This document shows, piece by piece, positions 26,093 through 37,631 of a stretch of 64,000 nt of DNA. This DNA is from Podarcis muralis (lineage: Eukaryota). The first letter of the stretch is position 1, and each line of letters begins with the position of its first letter. The DNA is taken from contig NC_135661.1 of NCBI RefSeq assembly GCF_964188315.1, forward strand, positions 74,338,001 through 74,402,000, in the 5' to 3' direction. The notes beneath the pieces were generated by a model. That model ran no database searches. It saw nothing but the letters and a program-made list of their open reading frames with translations, and was not told the origin of the DNA. A program made the position numbers and the translations under genes.

Positions 26093-29000
26093 CATGGATC
26101 ACTGCCTTGCCGTGGCGAAGGGGCTTGAATAACTCAGAGAAGCTATGAGCTATGCCGTGCAGGGCCACCCAAGATGGACAGGTCATAGTGGAGAGTTTTG
26201 ACCAAACGTGATCCACCTGGAGCAGGAACTGGCAAGCCACTCCAGTATCCCTGCCAAGAAAACTCCATGGACAAAGACAACAGGCATATAAAAGTTATGA
26301 CGCTGGAAGATGAGCCCCTCAGGTCGGAAGGTGTCCAACATGCTACTGGGGAAGAGCGGAGGACAAGTACAAGTAGATCCAGAGCTGATGAAGCGGCTGG
26401 GCCAAAGCCGAAAGGACGCTCAGTTGCGGATATGCATGGAAGCGAAAGGAAAGTCCAATGCTGTAAAGAAAAATATTGCATAGGAACCTGGAATGTAAGA
26501 ACCATGAACCTGGGTAAGTTGGATGTGGTCAAAAATGAGATGGCAAGAATAAATATTGACATCTTGGGCATCAGTGAACTAAAATGGACGGGAATGGGCG
26601 AATTCAGTTCGGATGACTATCATATCTACTACTGTGGACAAGAAACCCGTAAAAGAAATGGAGTGGCCCTCATAGTCAACAAAAGAGTGGCAAAAGCTGT
26701 ACTGGGATGCAATCTCAAAAATGATAGAATGATCTCGATACGAATCCAAGGCAGACCTTTTAACATCACAGTAATCCAAGTTTATGCACCAACTACTGGT
26801 GCTGAAGAAACTGAAATTGACCAATTCTATGAAGACTTACAACACCTTATAGAAGTGACACCAAAGAAGGATGTTCTTCTCATTATAGGGGATTGGAATG
26901 CTAAAGTAGGGAGTCAAGAGATAAAAGGAACAACTGGCAAGTTTGGCCTTGGAGTTCAAAACGAAGCAGGGCAAAGGCTAATAGAGTTCTGTCAAGAGAA
27001 CAAGCTGGTCATCACAAACACACTTTTCCAACAACACAAGAGACGACTCTACACATGGACATCACCAGATGGGCAGCATCGAAATCAGATTGATTATATT
27101 CTCTGCAGCCAAAGATGGAGAAGCTCTATACAGTCAGCAAAAACAAGACCTGGAGCTGACTGTGGCTCAGATCATCAGTTTCTTATAGCAAAATTCAAGC
27201 TTAAACTGAAGAAAGTAGGAAAAACCACTGGCCCGGTAAGATACAATCTAAGTCAAATCCCTTATGAATACACAGTGGAAGTGAGGAACAGGTTTAAGGA
27301 TTTAGATTTGGTGGACAGAGTGCCTGAAGAACTATGGATGGAGGCTCGTAACATTATACAAGAGGCAGCAACTAAAACCATCCCAATGAAAAGGAAATGC
27401 AAGAAAGCAAAGTGGCTGTCCAACGAGGCCTTACAAATAGCGGGGGAGAGAAGGCAAGCAAAATGCGAGGGAGATAGTGAAAGATACAGGAAATTGAATG
27501 CAGATTTCCAAAAAATAGCAAGGAGAGACAAGAAGGCCTTCTTAAACGAGCAATGCAAAGAAATAGAGGAAAACAATAGAATGGGAAAAACCAGAGATCT
27601 GTTCAAGAAAATTGGAGATATGAAAGGAACATTTTGTACAAAGATTTCCATAATAAAAGACAAAAGTGGAAAGGACCTAACAGAAGCAGAAGACATCAAG
27701 AAGAGGTGGCAAGAATACACAGAGGAACTATACCAGAAAGAAATTGATGTCTCATATATCCCAGGTAGTGTGGTTGCTGACCTTGAGCCAGACATCCTGG
27801 AAAGTGAAGTCAAATGGGCCTTAGAAAGCATCGCTAATAACAAGGCCAGTGGAAGTGATGATATTCCAGCTGAATTATTTAAAATTTTAAAAGATGATGC
27901 TGTTAAGGTGCTACACTCAATATGCCAGCAAATTTGGAAAACTCAGCAGTGGCCAGAAGATTGGAGAAGATCAGTCTACATCCCAATCCCAAAGAAGGGA
28001 AGTGCCAAAGAATGCTCCAACTACCGCACAATTGTACTCATTTCACATGCTAGCAAGGTTATGCTTAAAATTCTACAAGGCAGGCTTAAGCAGTATGTGG
28101 ACCGAGAACTCCCAGAAGTGCAAGCTGGATTTAGAAGAGGCAGAGGAACCAGAGACCAAATTGCAAACATGCGCTGGATTATGGAGAAAGCTAGAGAGTT
28201 CCAGAAAGACATCTACTTCTGCTTCATTGACTATGCAAAAGCCTTTGACTGTGTCGACCACAGCAAACTATGGCAAGTTCTTAAAGAAATGGGAGTGCCT
28301 GATCACCTCATCTGTCTCCTGAGAAATCTCTATGTGGGACAAGAAGCTACAGTTAGAACTGGATATGGAACAACTGATTGGTTCAAAATTGGGAAAGGAG
28401 TACGACAAGGCTGTATATTGTCCCCCTGCTTATTTAACTTATATGCAGAATTCATCATGCGAAAGGCTGGGCTGGATGAATCCCAAGACGGAATTAAGAT
28501 TGCCGGAAGAAATATCAACAACCTCAGATATGCAGATGACACAACCTTGATGGCAGAAAGTGAGGAGGAATTAAAGAACCTTTTAATGAGGGTGAAAGAG
28601 GAGAGCGCAAAATATGGTCTGAAGCTCAACATCAAAAAAACGAAGATCATGGCCACTGGTCCCATCACCTCCTGGCAAATAGAAGGGGAAGAAATGGAGG
28701 CAGTGAGAGATTTTATTTTCTTGGGCTCCATGATCACTGCAGATGGTGACAGCAGTCACGAAATTAAAAGACGCCTGCTTCTTGGGAGAAAGGCGATGGC
28801 AAATCTAGACAACATCTTAAAAAGTAGAGACATCACCTTACCAACAAAGGTTCGTATAGTTAAAGCCATGGTTTTCCCAGTAGTGATGTATGGAAGTGAG
28901 AGCTGGACCATAAAGAAGGCTGATCGCCGAAGAATTGATGCTTTTGAATTATGGTGCTGGAGGAGACTCTTGAGAGTCCCATGGACTGCAAGAAGATCAA

Positions 29001-29307
29001 ACGCATCCATTCTTAAGGAAATCAGCTCTGAGTGCTCACTGGAAGGACAGATCGTGAAGTTGAGGCTCCAATACTTTGGCCACCTCATGAGAAGAGAAGA
29101 CTCCCTGGAAAAGACCCTAATGTTGGGAAAGATGGAGGGCACAAGGAGAAGGGGACGACAGAGGATGAGATGGTTGGATAGTGTTCTCGAAGCTACAAAC
29201 ATGAGCCTGACCAAACTGCGGGAGGCGGTGGAAGACAGGAGTGCCTGGCGTGCTCTGGTCCATGGGGTCACGAAGAGTCGGACACGACTAAACGACTAAA
29301 CAACAAC
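26093..29307 (+). mobile_element. Full-length Bov-B (RTE-clade) LINE, about 3.2 kb
   Basis: Single uninterrupted ORF with an APE endonuclease (GTWNVRT, GDWNAKVG, SDH) and RT (GVRQGCILSP, YADD); 3' end GAGTCGGACACGACTAAACGACTAAACAACAAC; 11-bp TSD AATGTCTTGTT at 26082-26092 and 29308-29318. Confidence 0.95.
26267..29299 (+). CDS. Bov-B endonuclease/reverse transcriptase ORF (first in-frame ATG at 26267)
   Basis: The ORF track shows 26198-29299 with no stops or frameshifts; EN and RT motifs are intact. Confidence 0.9.
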   Translation: MDKDNRHIKVMTLEDEPLRSEGVQHATGEERRTSTSRSRADEAAGPKPKGRSVADMHGSERKVQCCKEKYCIGTWNVRTMNLGKLDVVKNEMARINIDILGISELKWTGMGEFSSDDYHIYYCGQETRKRNGVALIVNKRVAKAVLGCNLKNDRMISIRIQGRPFNITVIQVYAPTTGAEETEIDQFYEDLQHLIEVTPKKDVLLIIGDWNAKVGSQEIKGTTGKFGLGVQNEAGQRLIEFCQENKLVITNTLFQQHKRRLYTWTSPDGQHRNQIDYILCSQRWRSSIQSAKTRPGADCGSDHQFLIAKFKLKLKKVGKTTGPVRYNLSQIPYEYTVEVRNRFKDLDLVDRVPEELWMEARNIIQEAATKTIPMKRKCKKAKWLSNEALQIAGERRQAKCEGDSERYRKLNADFQKIARRDKKAFLNEQCKEIEENNRMGKTRDLFKKIGDMKGTFCTKISIIKDKSGKDLTEAEDIKKRWQEYTEELYQKEIDVSYIPGSVVADLEPDILESEVKWALESIANNKASGSDDIPAELFKILKDDAVKVLHSICQQIWKTQQWPEDWRRSVYIPIPKKGSAKECSNYRTIVLISHASKVMLKILQGRLKQYVDRELPEVQAGFRRGRGTRDQIANMRWIMEKAREFQKDIYFCFIDYAKAFDCVDHSKLWQVLKEMGVPDHLICLLRNLYVGQEATVRTGYGTTDWFKIGKGVRQGCILSPCLFNLYAEFIMRKAGLDESQDGIKIAGRNINNLRYADDTTLMAESEEELKNLLMRVKEESAKYGLKLNIKKTKIMATGPITSWQIEGEEMEAVRDFIFLGSMITADGDSSHEIKRRLLLGRKAMANLDNILKSRDITLPTKVRIVKAMVFPVVMYGSESWTIKKADRRRIDAFELWCWRRLLRVPWTARRSNASILKEISSECSLEGQIVKLRLQYFGHLMRREDSLEKTLMLGKMEGTRRRGRQRMRWLDSVLEATNMSLTKLREAVEDRSAWRALVHGVTKSRTRLND

Positions 29308-29564
29308 AATGTCTTGTTGGAAGCAGCCCAGGGTGGCTGGGGAAACTCAGCCAGATGGGCGGTCTATAAATTAATTGATCATGATGATGATGATAATGAT
29401 GATGATGATGATGATGATACAGAAATCATGGGGTGAGCATGCAATGTGTACCAGCCTGTACCAACAGAAGGATTCAAAAGGCATGGCATCAAACCAGGAT
29501 AACTTGTCCATCTTTTCAGATATTAATGCTGTGCAGTGCATCTTCAGGAAATGTCAGCCACTGA

Positions 29565-29708
29565 TCAAAGATCAAAGGGGAAGAGCAAGGAAAGCTACAA
29601 AGTTAGGAGTCCAATCCCTACCATGAGAGCTGTTTCAGCCAAGAGGGGTGTCAACTGAGAGCTTTATTGAGCAGCCAAGCTGTTTCCAGTGATATTTGCT
29701 TCGCGTGT
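29565..29708 (-). pseudogene. Orphan dispanin exon 2 with two nonsense codons
   Basis: Intact acceptor ctctttttctgcacag|ACA; TREANITGNSLAAQ*SSQLTPLLAETALMVGIGLLTL*LSLL aligns without gaps to D2 exon 2, with stops at R15 and Y38. The adjacent intron (29710-29840) resembles the D2/D3 intron. Confidence 0.8.
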
Positions 29709-31084
29709 CTGTGCAGAAAAAGAGAGAAGCAACGGATTAGTGGAAAAATGCAAAACATTGCGTGCATGCAGAAGTGGGTGGTCCTCTTGAGAAGTTGAGA
29801 AACAGTCGCCTCTGTGTTGGCCAACAAAGATTCCTGTTGGATGCCAAAGCCCCATGACCCAGTCACTAGCTATGTGATGAAATAAGCAGGCAAGACAGCA
29901 GAAGAAAGGGGATTTTGGGGGCTGAAATAGGCCACAACTATTTGATACAGTTGTGAAAGTTTTGGCAAAGTTATTGGGTAAAGCCATTTAATTATTTCCA
30001 GCCCATCTGCTGGGAGTGTATCTAAGGGGTAATCACAACATGGGGGAGGCCTATGACCTACATAAAATAGGGGAACACCACTCCCCCCCAAGGGGTCCCC
30101 CTGGAGGAGTTCTATGGCCCTGGCCTCTGTCTAGGAGTCGGACAGAAGCAACTCCTCATGGATTCCTTTAATGAGATACCCATAAGCAAGGAGGGGTAGA
30201 CAGAAGCTATGAACTCCTCCAGCAGGGAATCATTATCATTATCATCAGTGGCATTTGGGATAATGTTGCAGTAGTGGAGACAGCATGCTGTGGCTGCTGG
30301 CTGGTCGTCTGCTAGCATGGATCCAGCCTGCGGTGGGGAATATTTGGTCCTCCAGCTGCTGCTGAACTCCAATTCCCATCATCCCCAGCCAGCAGAGCCA
30401 GTGGCCAGGAATGATGGGATCTGTAGTCCAGCAACAACTGAGTAGCCACAAGTTGCGCACTCCTGATAGAGATAGATGGCTTTCATTCACTCCGACTGCA
30501 ATGTTTAAAAAATGAAAGAGGGGACACTTGGGTATAACATTGTCCTGACTCCCGCTTGGACTACCATGACAGAGGCAAGAGTAAGGAAGAGATATTTATT
30601 GACATAGAGGTTCCGGCTCAGCAATGGTGGTGAGTCTAGGCAGCCTTTACGCTCAGGCTAGGTGACAGGAAAGGTGAGTTTAGCCAGGTTAGAAGCTGTG
30701 ATTTCAGCTTACAGAGCCCAAGATCAGGGCAAGGAGTTCACAACTGTGCAGAAGCAATGGAATAATCCCAATGGGTTGACACACCCACCTGCCAAGCTTT
30801 TGAAGACAGGACAAGGCGAGCCTACTTGTGTGACTCTTGTGCCTTGCAAGACAGATGAGTCATTGCATTGGTGCACCAATGGGTCCTGGGCGACTAGGCT
30901 GTGCCCCTCCTCTTCTGACTGTGGTTCTTCCAGCCCTAGTGAGATTGTGTGTAGACAGTGAGATCAGGAGGAAATTAAATGCATACTGTACTGATTGGCA
31001 GTTGCGTCCTTAATGCTGGCAGTTCACTAGTATTGGTTTCAAGGGGCTCTGCTCTTCCTTTTCAGATGCTGTTCTGTGTCTTAA

Positions 31085-31379
31085 TGTTATGTACTGAGTT
31101 GAATAGGAGCCAAAATGCAGCAGTCTGATTGGTCCTAGAACAATAGGATCCAGAATGCAGCAGTCTGATTGGTCCGCAGGAGCCACCCAATCCAACTCCA
31201 GGTAGAAGTGAATCCGCAACCTGATTGGCCTACAGGAGAATCCCAGAATTAGCCAATCACGTGGGGCCCATTGTGTAAATAATGTATATAAAGCAGACAT
31301 TTCGGGGGAACTTCCATTCCTCACTACTATGAGCTGAATAAAGAGCATGAAATCCACACTTGACTCCGAGTATATTTCA
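31085..31379 (+). mobile_element. Solo LTR (Gypsy-like), 295 bp
   Basis: TGTTATG...TATTTCA; 5-bp TSD CTTAA on both sides; repeated CCAAT boxes, TATATAAA and AATAAA. It may be nested in an older LTR-like block at about 30541-31599. Confidence 0.85.
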
Positions 31380-33137
31380 CTTAATGTGTCATGTTTAATG
31401 ACATCACTAGGGTCCACCTCTGTGACATCTCCAGGGCCCGCCCTCCAGGTCTCAGCTTTGGGCTGTGAAATCTCAGAGTCTGGAACGTCCCTGGCTTGGC
31501 AACCCCACAGCGCTGGTCCCAGGTCATCCTCCTGTTCCCGCTCCTCATTCTTCTGAGCTTGCCACTCCATTCCTGAGCCTGGCGATGTCTCGGGACTCAT
31601 GGAAAACGTTGTAGTGGTGGTGGGGGAATCTGCCCATTAGTGTTGATGGTAGTGGCCTGTTCCCCACTAACAGGGAAAATTTGGGGGTGGGGAACAAATA
31701 TGCTGTGCAAAGACAAATGTGTTGTCCCTCCCCAGGTCTCTGCAATATGTAGACTCGCCCCACTGATCACAATAGCAGACAGTTTGCTCGGTTGAAGTAA
31801 ATACAATATCATCTGGAGGCAGGAGGTATTTCAAATATTTTTAATGAAACTGATAGCTTCTCTTCACTAACACTGAAAATCATCTTCTTTCCTGGATTAA
31901 GCAATATTATATGATATACACAATTAGTTAACTGCACAAAACGTGGTCTGGGGCTACGGGGGGACCACCTTATGCCGTGGTTTAAAGAGCAGTTTGTGCC
32001 AACTGATTATTCCTTATTTTTTTTCATTTCACAAAATTTATATCCTGCCGGAGCACATAGCAAACAGACAACCCTCAAAGCGGTGTAAAAAAGAGAAAAG
32101 AATAAGAAGTGAGCCCCCTGTTAACAGCTATTTAAAACATTAAAAAATAATTGAATCAACGATAAGCTTGAAAGCTGATTAAAACACAACCCAACCTTCT
32201 ACATGTCTATATAGGCTTGCCTAAATAAAAATGTTTTTAGTGGGCACCAAAAAAGAATACAGGGAAGGCACCTGCCTGGTGTCAATAGGTCGGGAGTTCC
32301 AAAGTGTGAGCATTGCCACACTAAAATATTGATTCCTTACAGAAGCAAAGGGAACATTATGTAGCCCTTGTAACAGTGCCAGTTCCACAGATCAAAATGG
32401 TTGAGTTGGCATATATGGGATAAAGCAACCCCACAAGTAAACATAGATTATTAGCTTGTTCATTCATAAAAGACAATTTTGAACCGAATACAAACACAGG
32501 CAGGGATAAAAGAAAGGCATTCAACAGTGCACTGAAAAGTTAACAAAGACCTCTCAAAGGCAGATATATAATGGATGGGTGTTTCAAATGTCACTACACT
32601 AAAGGCCCAGGGAAGAAACCTGGACCAGAGGTGTCAGATGGAGGAGAGGTACATCTGGCCTCTGGACGGGATATGGTCTAAACAGGTAATTCTACTTTAA
32701 CATTGGCAAGAGCAAGGCAATTGACGCGGGGATTTCCCAAGCCATCAGGCAGGACACTGTTTCAGATCCTCAGCGCCCAAATCCATTTGCCTGTCCCTCT
32801 TCTGTTGTTTCTGTTTGGGATGCTTGCGTGTTGTAGAGCTGGAGCAAGACAATGCTTCTCATTTAAAGTGTTTGGGCTGCGGCAGAGCTCTTGCTAGGTG
32901 GAACTTTCAGGTCAGGTGATGCTGGCTCAAATGCAGTGCTCTGCAGCCCTGTGCCCCATTGAAGGTGACCAAGTTGACTTTATGGAAGTCAGGTGACGCG
33001 AGGGCACACACACATGCCATCTAGCCAGTGGCGTATCCTGTTATGGAAGACGATTGTCAAAGGGGGACTTCTCTTGCCTGTCTGCTGGGGTGGGGTGGGG
33101 AAGGTCTTTTGGGATCTGAAGGCTGCAGAGGGCATCA

Positions 33138-33311
33138 TCAGGGCTTCTGCGGTGGAAGGTAGGCTGCTGTGGTAGAAACAACCACTACGATGATGATATA
33201 TATGACAAGGCACCCCAGCCCAATCCCCAGAGCGATGTGACCGAAGAGGCGTGCCATTCGGGAATTTCTCTTGGCGGACGCGGCATTTCCAGCAAAGTTG
33301 GCTTCTCTTGT
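33138..33311 (-). CDS. D2 coding exon 2 (57 aa + stop)
   Basis: Acceptor ctctctttctcttcag|ACA; TREANFAGNAASAKRNSRMARLFGHIALGIGLGCLVIYIIIVVVVSTTAAYLPPQKP*. Confidence 0.9.
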   Translation of the reverse strand, partial: TREANFAGNAASAKRNSRMARLFGHIALGIGLGCLVIYIIIVVVVSTTAAYLPPQKP

Positions 33312-33507
33312 CTGAAGAGAAAGAGAGAGAAGCGAGTGAGAAACCATGCAGCTGGAGAACACCTCCAGCATGCAGAAGTGGCAAGCTGAGAAACAGCTGC
33401 CTTGGTGTTAGCCAACGAAGAATCTTGTTGCTTGAGGCTATCAGTCACTTACCAGTAACCTTGTGGTTTTAGACTGGAACCTAGCAGAGCAGAGCAAGAC
33501 TGTAAGA

Positions 33508-33643
33508 CAGGCATAGGCAAACGTGGCCCTCCAGATGTTTTGGGACTACAAGTCCCATCATCCCTAGCAAATAGGAGCAGTGGTCAGGGATGATGGGAAT
33601 TGTAGTCTCAAAACATCTGGAGGGCCAGGTTTGCCTATGCCTG
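33508..33643. mobile_element. Palindromic hAT-type MITE (paralogous copy about 45421-45545; related about 13400-13530, 20420-20550, 30330-30460)
   Basis: TIR CAGGCATAGGCAAAC; 8-bp TSD CTGTAAGA/CTGTAAGC. Confidence 0.75.
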
Positions 33644-35021
33644 CTGTAAGCTCACATTGAGGCTCAAGACACCAGTTTGGATGGTCCTCTGAGTTTTCAC
33701 CAGCACAGATCTGACCAGCGGTGAGGTTTCTCCACGAGCAATTTGCAAATCAGGCTCTTGCAACCGCCAGCAGGCAGGCTGGGACCTGCCCTTAAAGTAT
33801 CTCATGATTAAAGACCCTCTCTCCTCATCCCTTGTCGCAGTTGGTCCAGGCCTGTTGAAACACCCACCCCACAAAAATCCTGGGAGCTGTAGTTTGTTAA
33901 GAGTGGCTGGGAACTGTAGCCCTGTTGGAGGGGAAAGCTACTGTTCCCAGGATTCTTCATGGAGAAATGGGCTTTAAACGGGCTTTTAAAAATGTATGGT
34001 GCATATGCAGCCAGAGGTTCTATGGTAATAGCAGGGGCATGTCTAGCCCAGTATCCTGTGCTCACAGTGTCTGACCAGATGCCTGTGGGAAGCCTGCAAA
34101 TTGGACAAGAATGCAACAGCAGCTGTCTGTCTACCTGCAATTCTCAGCAACTGGTATTCAGAGGCATAATTCTTCTGACAGTCAAGGTAGAACATCAGCC
34201 ATTGTGGCTAGTAATCGCTGACAGCCTTCTCTATGAATGTGTTTAATGTGCTTTAAAAGCCGCCCAAATGTTTTGTGAAAAGGGAATTGCATAACAAGGC
34301 AGATCAGGAGATTTTTCTGGATCTTTGAGGGGCTAGTAAAACTTGAACAGAATGCTAGGGCTAAAGAAGATAATCTAATTAGTATTATTAATTAGAATGC
34401 TGCAAACGCATAAAGGCATGATGGATAAGTTGCATTGGAGGAAATATTATTTAGAATTATGATGAATGGTTTATATGGACTTTAAGCATGAATTAATGCT
34501 TGAATGTCTATTGAGTCAACACACACACACTATTAACCAACAGGAACTGTACGTTGTAATCCTTGGACTTGACTATCCTTGGACTTTACGACAATAAAAA
34601 CATATAGAAGATTAAAAGTAATATGATATGTTATTGCCATCAGGAACAGTGCTTTGCAATTTTTTGATATGATATGATATAAGTATATTACAGTTTCATT
34701 ATATATAATGTTATGTTACTTTACAGCCAGTTACGTGTGTGTTGTGGTATTCTGAATGTCTACTGGGTGCATGTACAGATATTTCTGTTGAGAAATACGG
34801 AGAGCTCACTTACAATGAGCAGTTGCACAACACATTGCTCAGAGGTGAGTTACAAAGAGGGGGAACGGACACTGAGCCATATCCTGGACCGCATCCTGTT
34901 CTAAGATGGGTCACATCAGTGGCTTTCTGCCATTCTCTCTCTCTCTCTTTCTCTCCCTGCCTTTCAGTCATTTCATTTTGCATTGTTTTAAAAGGAAAAA
35001 GAGAAGAGGAGAAGGGAGGAG

Positions 35022-35052
<31 letters not shown>

Positions 35053-35865
35053 GGAACTAGAAGGGTAGAAGGAGAGAATTAAGAAAGAAAGTGAATGTGG
35101 GTTAGAGAAAGGTAAATGAAATATACCCTAGAGAAAGATCAGATGAAGGTAGCCTATTCTTTGGTGGTGGAGAGGAGATTATGAGCCTCTGCTCCCCACT
35201 CCTTGGCGTTGGGGTATCCCGATAAAGAGATCCACAAGGAGGCGCTTCTGTCCATACATCCAGGCTAAGAGCCACAGCACTCCCCAATGCCGCAATTCTT
35301 TGCGGGTTGCATTTATTTGATGTATGTCATGGGTCGACCCCAAATCAGGGTTGGTCCCCAGAATCCCTCCAGCAGGCTGACTGGAGGAGATGGCGGCTGC
35401 TCATTGCCAAGCCAAAACGCAGTTACACTTGTAACCAACAAAGTTGTGGCCTAATTGAACCTCACTGAATGTTTCCTGTAGTTCTTGTTTTACTGATATG
35501 GCCCGATGGGGAGGGGTTCACGGTCCCTGGGCACACAGTTATGGAGAACTTGCTTATGATGAGCATTTGCATAACTCCTTCCTCGGGGGCAATGTACAAA
35601 GAAGGGAAATGCGCCCATTGACGTGAGCCGTATCCTTGATCACATCCTCATTTAAGCTGGGTCACACCAGTGGCTTTCTGCCATACTCTTTAACTCTCTC
35701 TGGTAATTTCGTGCACATTGTTTTAAAAGATAGGAGGAGGAGGAGGAGGAGGAGGAGGAGGAGGAGGAGGAGGAGGAGTGGGGAACTAGAAGGAAAAGGA
35801 GGAGGAGGAGAGAATAAGGAAGAAAGAGAAAGGAAAATCAAACATGCCCCAAGAGAAAGATCAGA

Positions 35866-36015
35866 TGGCTAGCTCAGTCTGCTAGAGCATAGTGCTGATA
35901 ACGCCAAGATTGCAGGTTCGACCTTGTATGGGAGAGCTGCATATCTCTGTATTGCAGGGGTTTGGACTAGATGATCCTCAGGGTCCCTTCTGACTCTACA
36001 ATTCTACGATTCTTT
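35866..36015 (+). mobile_element. tRNA-Ile-derived SINE with CR1-like tail (paralogous copy 46616-46765; partial copy about 9365-9480)
   Basis: TAGCTCAGT...GCTGATAACGCCAAG...GTTCGA followed by GGACTAGATGATCCTCAGGGTCCC. Confidence 0.7.
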
Positions 36016-37274
36016 CAATGCATGCAGTAAAAGAGGAAGGAAGGAAGATAAAGGTGGATCCCAGTTCTTGAAACACAGAGCACTGAGATTGGATCCAGCA
36101 TTAAAAGGCAAAGGGACCCCTGACCATTAGGTCCAGTCGTGGCCGACTCTGGGGTTGCGGCACTCATCTCGCTTTACTGGCACTCATCTCGCTTTACTGG
36201 TTTTCCATCCACAATCTTTGTTGCATTAAAATAAAAAAGTTTGATACCACATCACACCCTTAACCATGCCTAGAGTCTGAAGCTAAGTGGTGGCATGTTA
36301 TTTTTGTTTCTGGTGCACCAAAACAGATGCTGCAACAATTTGTTCCCTTTAAGGTGCTATGAGGCTCTCCCTTGCTCACACCGCAACAGACTAGCATGGC
36401 TAGTCTCCTCCAGATGTTGCAGTGTAACATGCAGCTAAGTAAACACGTAGTTTAGCAATGTGTGCCTGTTTCTCCTTTATTTACCTAATTCCTTGTAACT
36501 GTGTAGGAGGGCTGTGGGATGGGCCCCTCTGTCAGTTTTGGTTTCTCTCCGTTTTTCATTTTCCCAATCTTAAGTTCGCTCCTACACTTTTCTGCACCAC
36601 ACTGTCATTTTCTTTTAAAGACCCCATGAAGACCTATCAGCTCATTTGCCCAGATACACATGTTTGCAAAGCAATTTTCCCTAATACGATGCAATCCTTT
36701 CTTAGGTGTTGCTTTTACCTGTATATGCATTTTACGCGTGCTTTGCCCTACTGTATGCATTTTGGTACACACACACTCAGCTGGAGAACTGCGTTGCAAA
36801 ATTCAGAAAAGTGTGAATTTTGGGAGGAGGGCTGTTTTTTGGTTTGTGTATCGTTTCAGAAAGAGCAATTAGGTGGGTTTATCTTCAGTTCAAACTGCAT
36901 CAAATTTCTCTCCTCACTCCCCTCCCACTCCCATCGTGCCAGTGCTTGAACTTCATAGGGAAATATTTTCAATGAAATACAGAAGCCCCACTCCCAATTA
37001 TAGCCAAATTATAGCCAAATTATAGCTTGTGATGCCACCTTCCAAAAACAACACTTAACCCAATGCTACTCCTACTCAGAGCAGACCCACTGAATTCAAT
37101 GCCCATTACAAATTTGGACCCGTTACCTGCTATGGGTCTTCTCTGAGTAGAACTAGGTTGGGTGCAACCCCTTGTTACTAAGGGGGGGGGCATGCCTTTT
37201 TGCCTCCTTTGTTTTCTAGCAAAGCCTCACCCCCCACCCCCATTTGTTTGCCTCTCCCTTTCACACACACTTAC

Positions 37275-37631
37275 CTGTATAGAGTAGACCAAGGCAGCAA
37301 TACCAAGGGGTAAGCAGCAGCAGAGCATGGTGAAGATGGAGTAGATCAGGTAATCGGGTTCATTGGTGGGCTGTACAGGTGTGACGTAGACCGCCTGTGG
37401 AGGTTGAAGGACTGGGCCTAGGTTAGATCCTGCACCAGGTGGGCCATAGTAAGGCATTGCCCCATAGCCTGCTTGGGGTGCTGGCACAGCCCCATAGCCT
37501 GCTTGGGGTGCTGGCCCAGGAGGCTGTTTCAGTGGGTCAGGCTCTGCATAGGCCTCTTTTTCAGAGTAGGCAGGGGGGTTCTGAGCGGCAAGTGCCTTCT
37601 CACCCAGCTGTTCATAGTTTGGTTTGCTCAT
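37275..37631 (-). CDS. D2 CD225/dispanin-family protein, coding exon 1 (119 aa; splices to 33311)
   Basis: caccaccATG at 37631; MSKPNYEQL...PPAY...EPDYLIYSIFTMLCCCLPLGIAALVYSIQ; donor CAG|GTAAGT, phase 0. Confidence 0.93.

Noticed and set aside
27262-29271. Antisense ORFs over Bov-B and alternative-frame ORFs over the Penelope arms
   Set aside because: Shadow frames of TE coding sequence.
32700-32830. Possible exon-1 remnant (MDLGAEDLKQ) for the orphan exon 2
   Set aside because: Only a few residues resemble DPLKQ; there is no CCC core or donor site.
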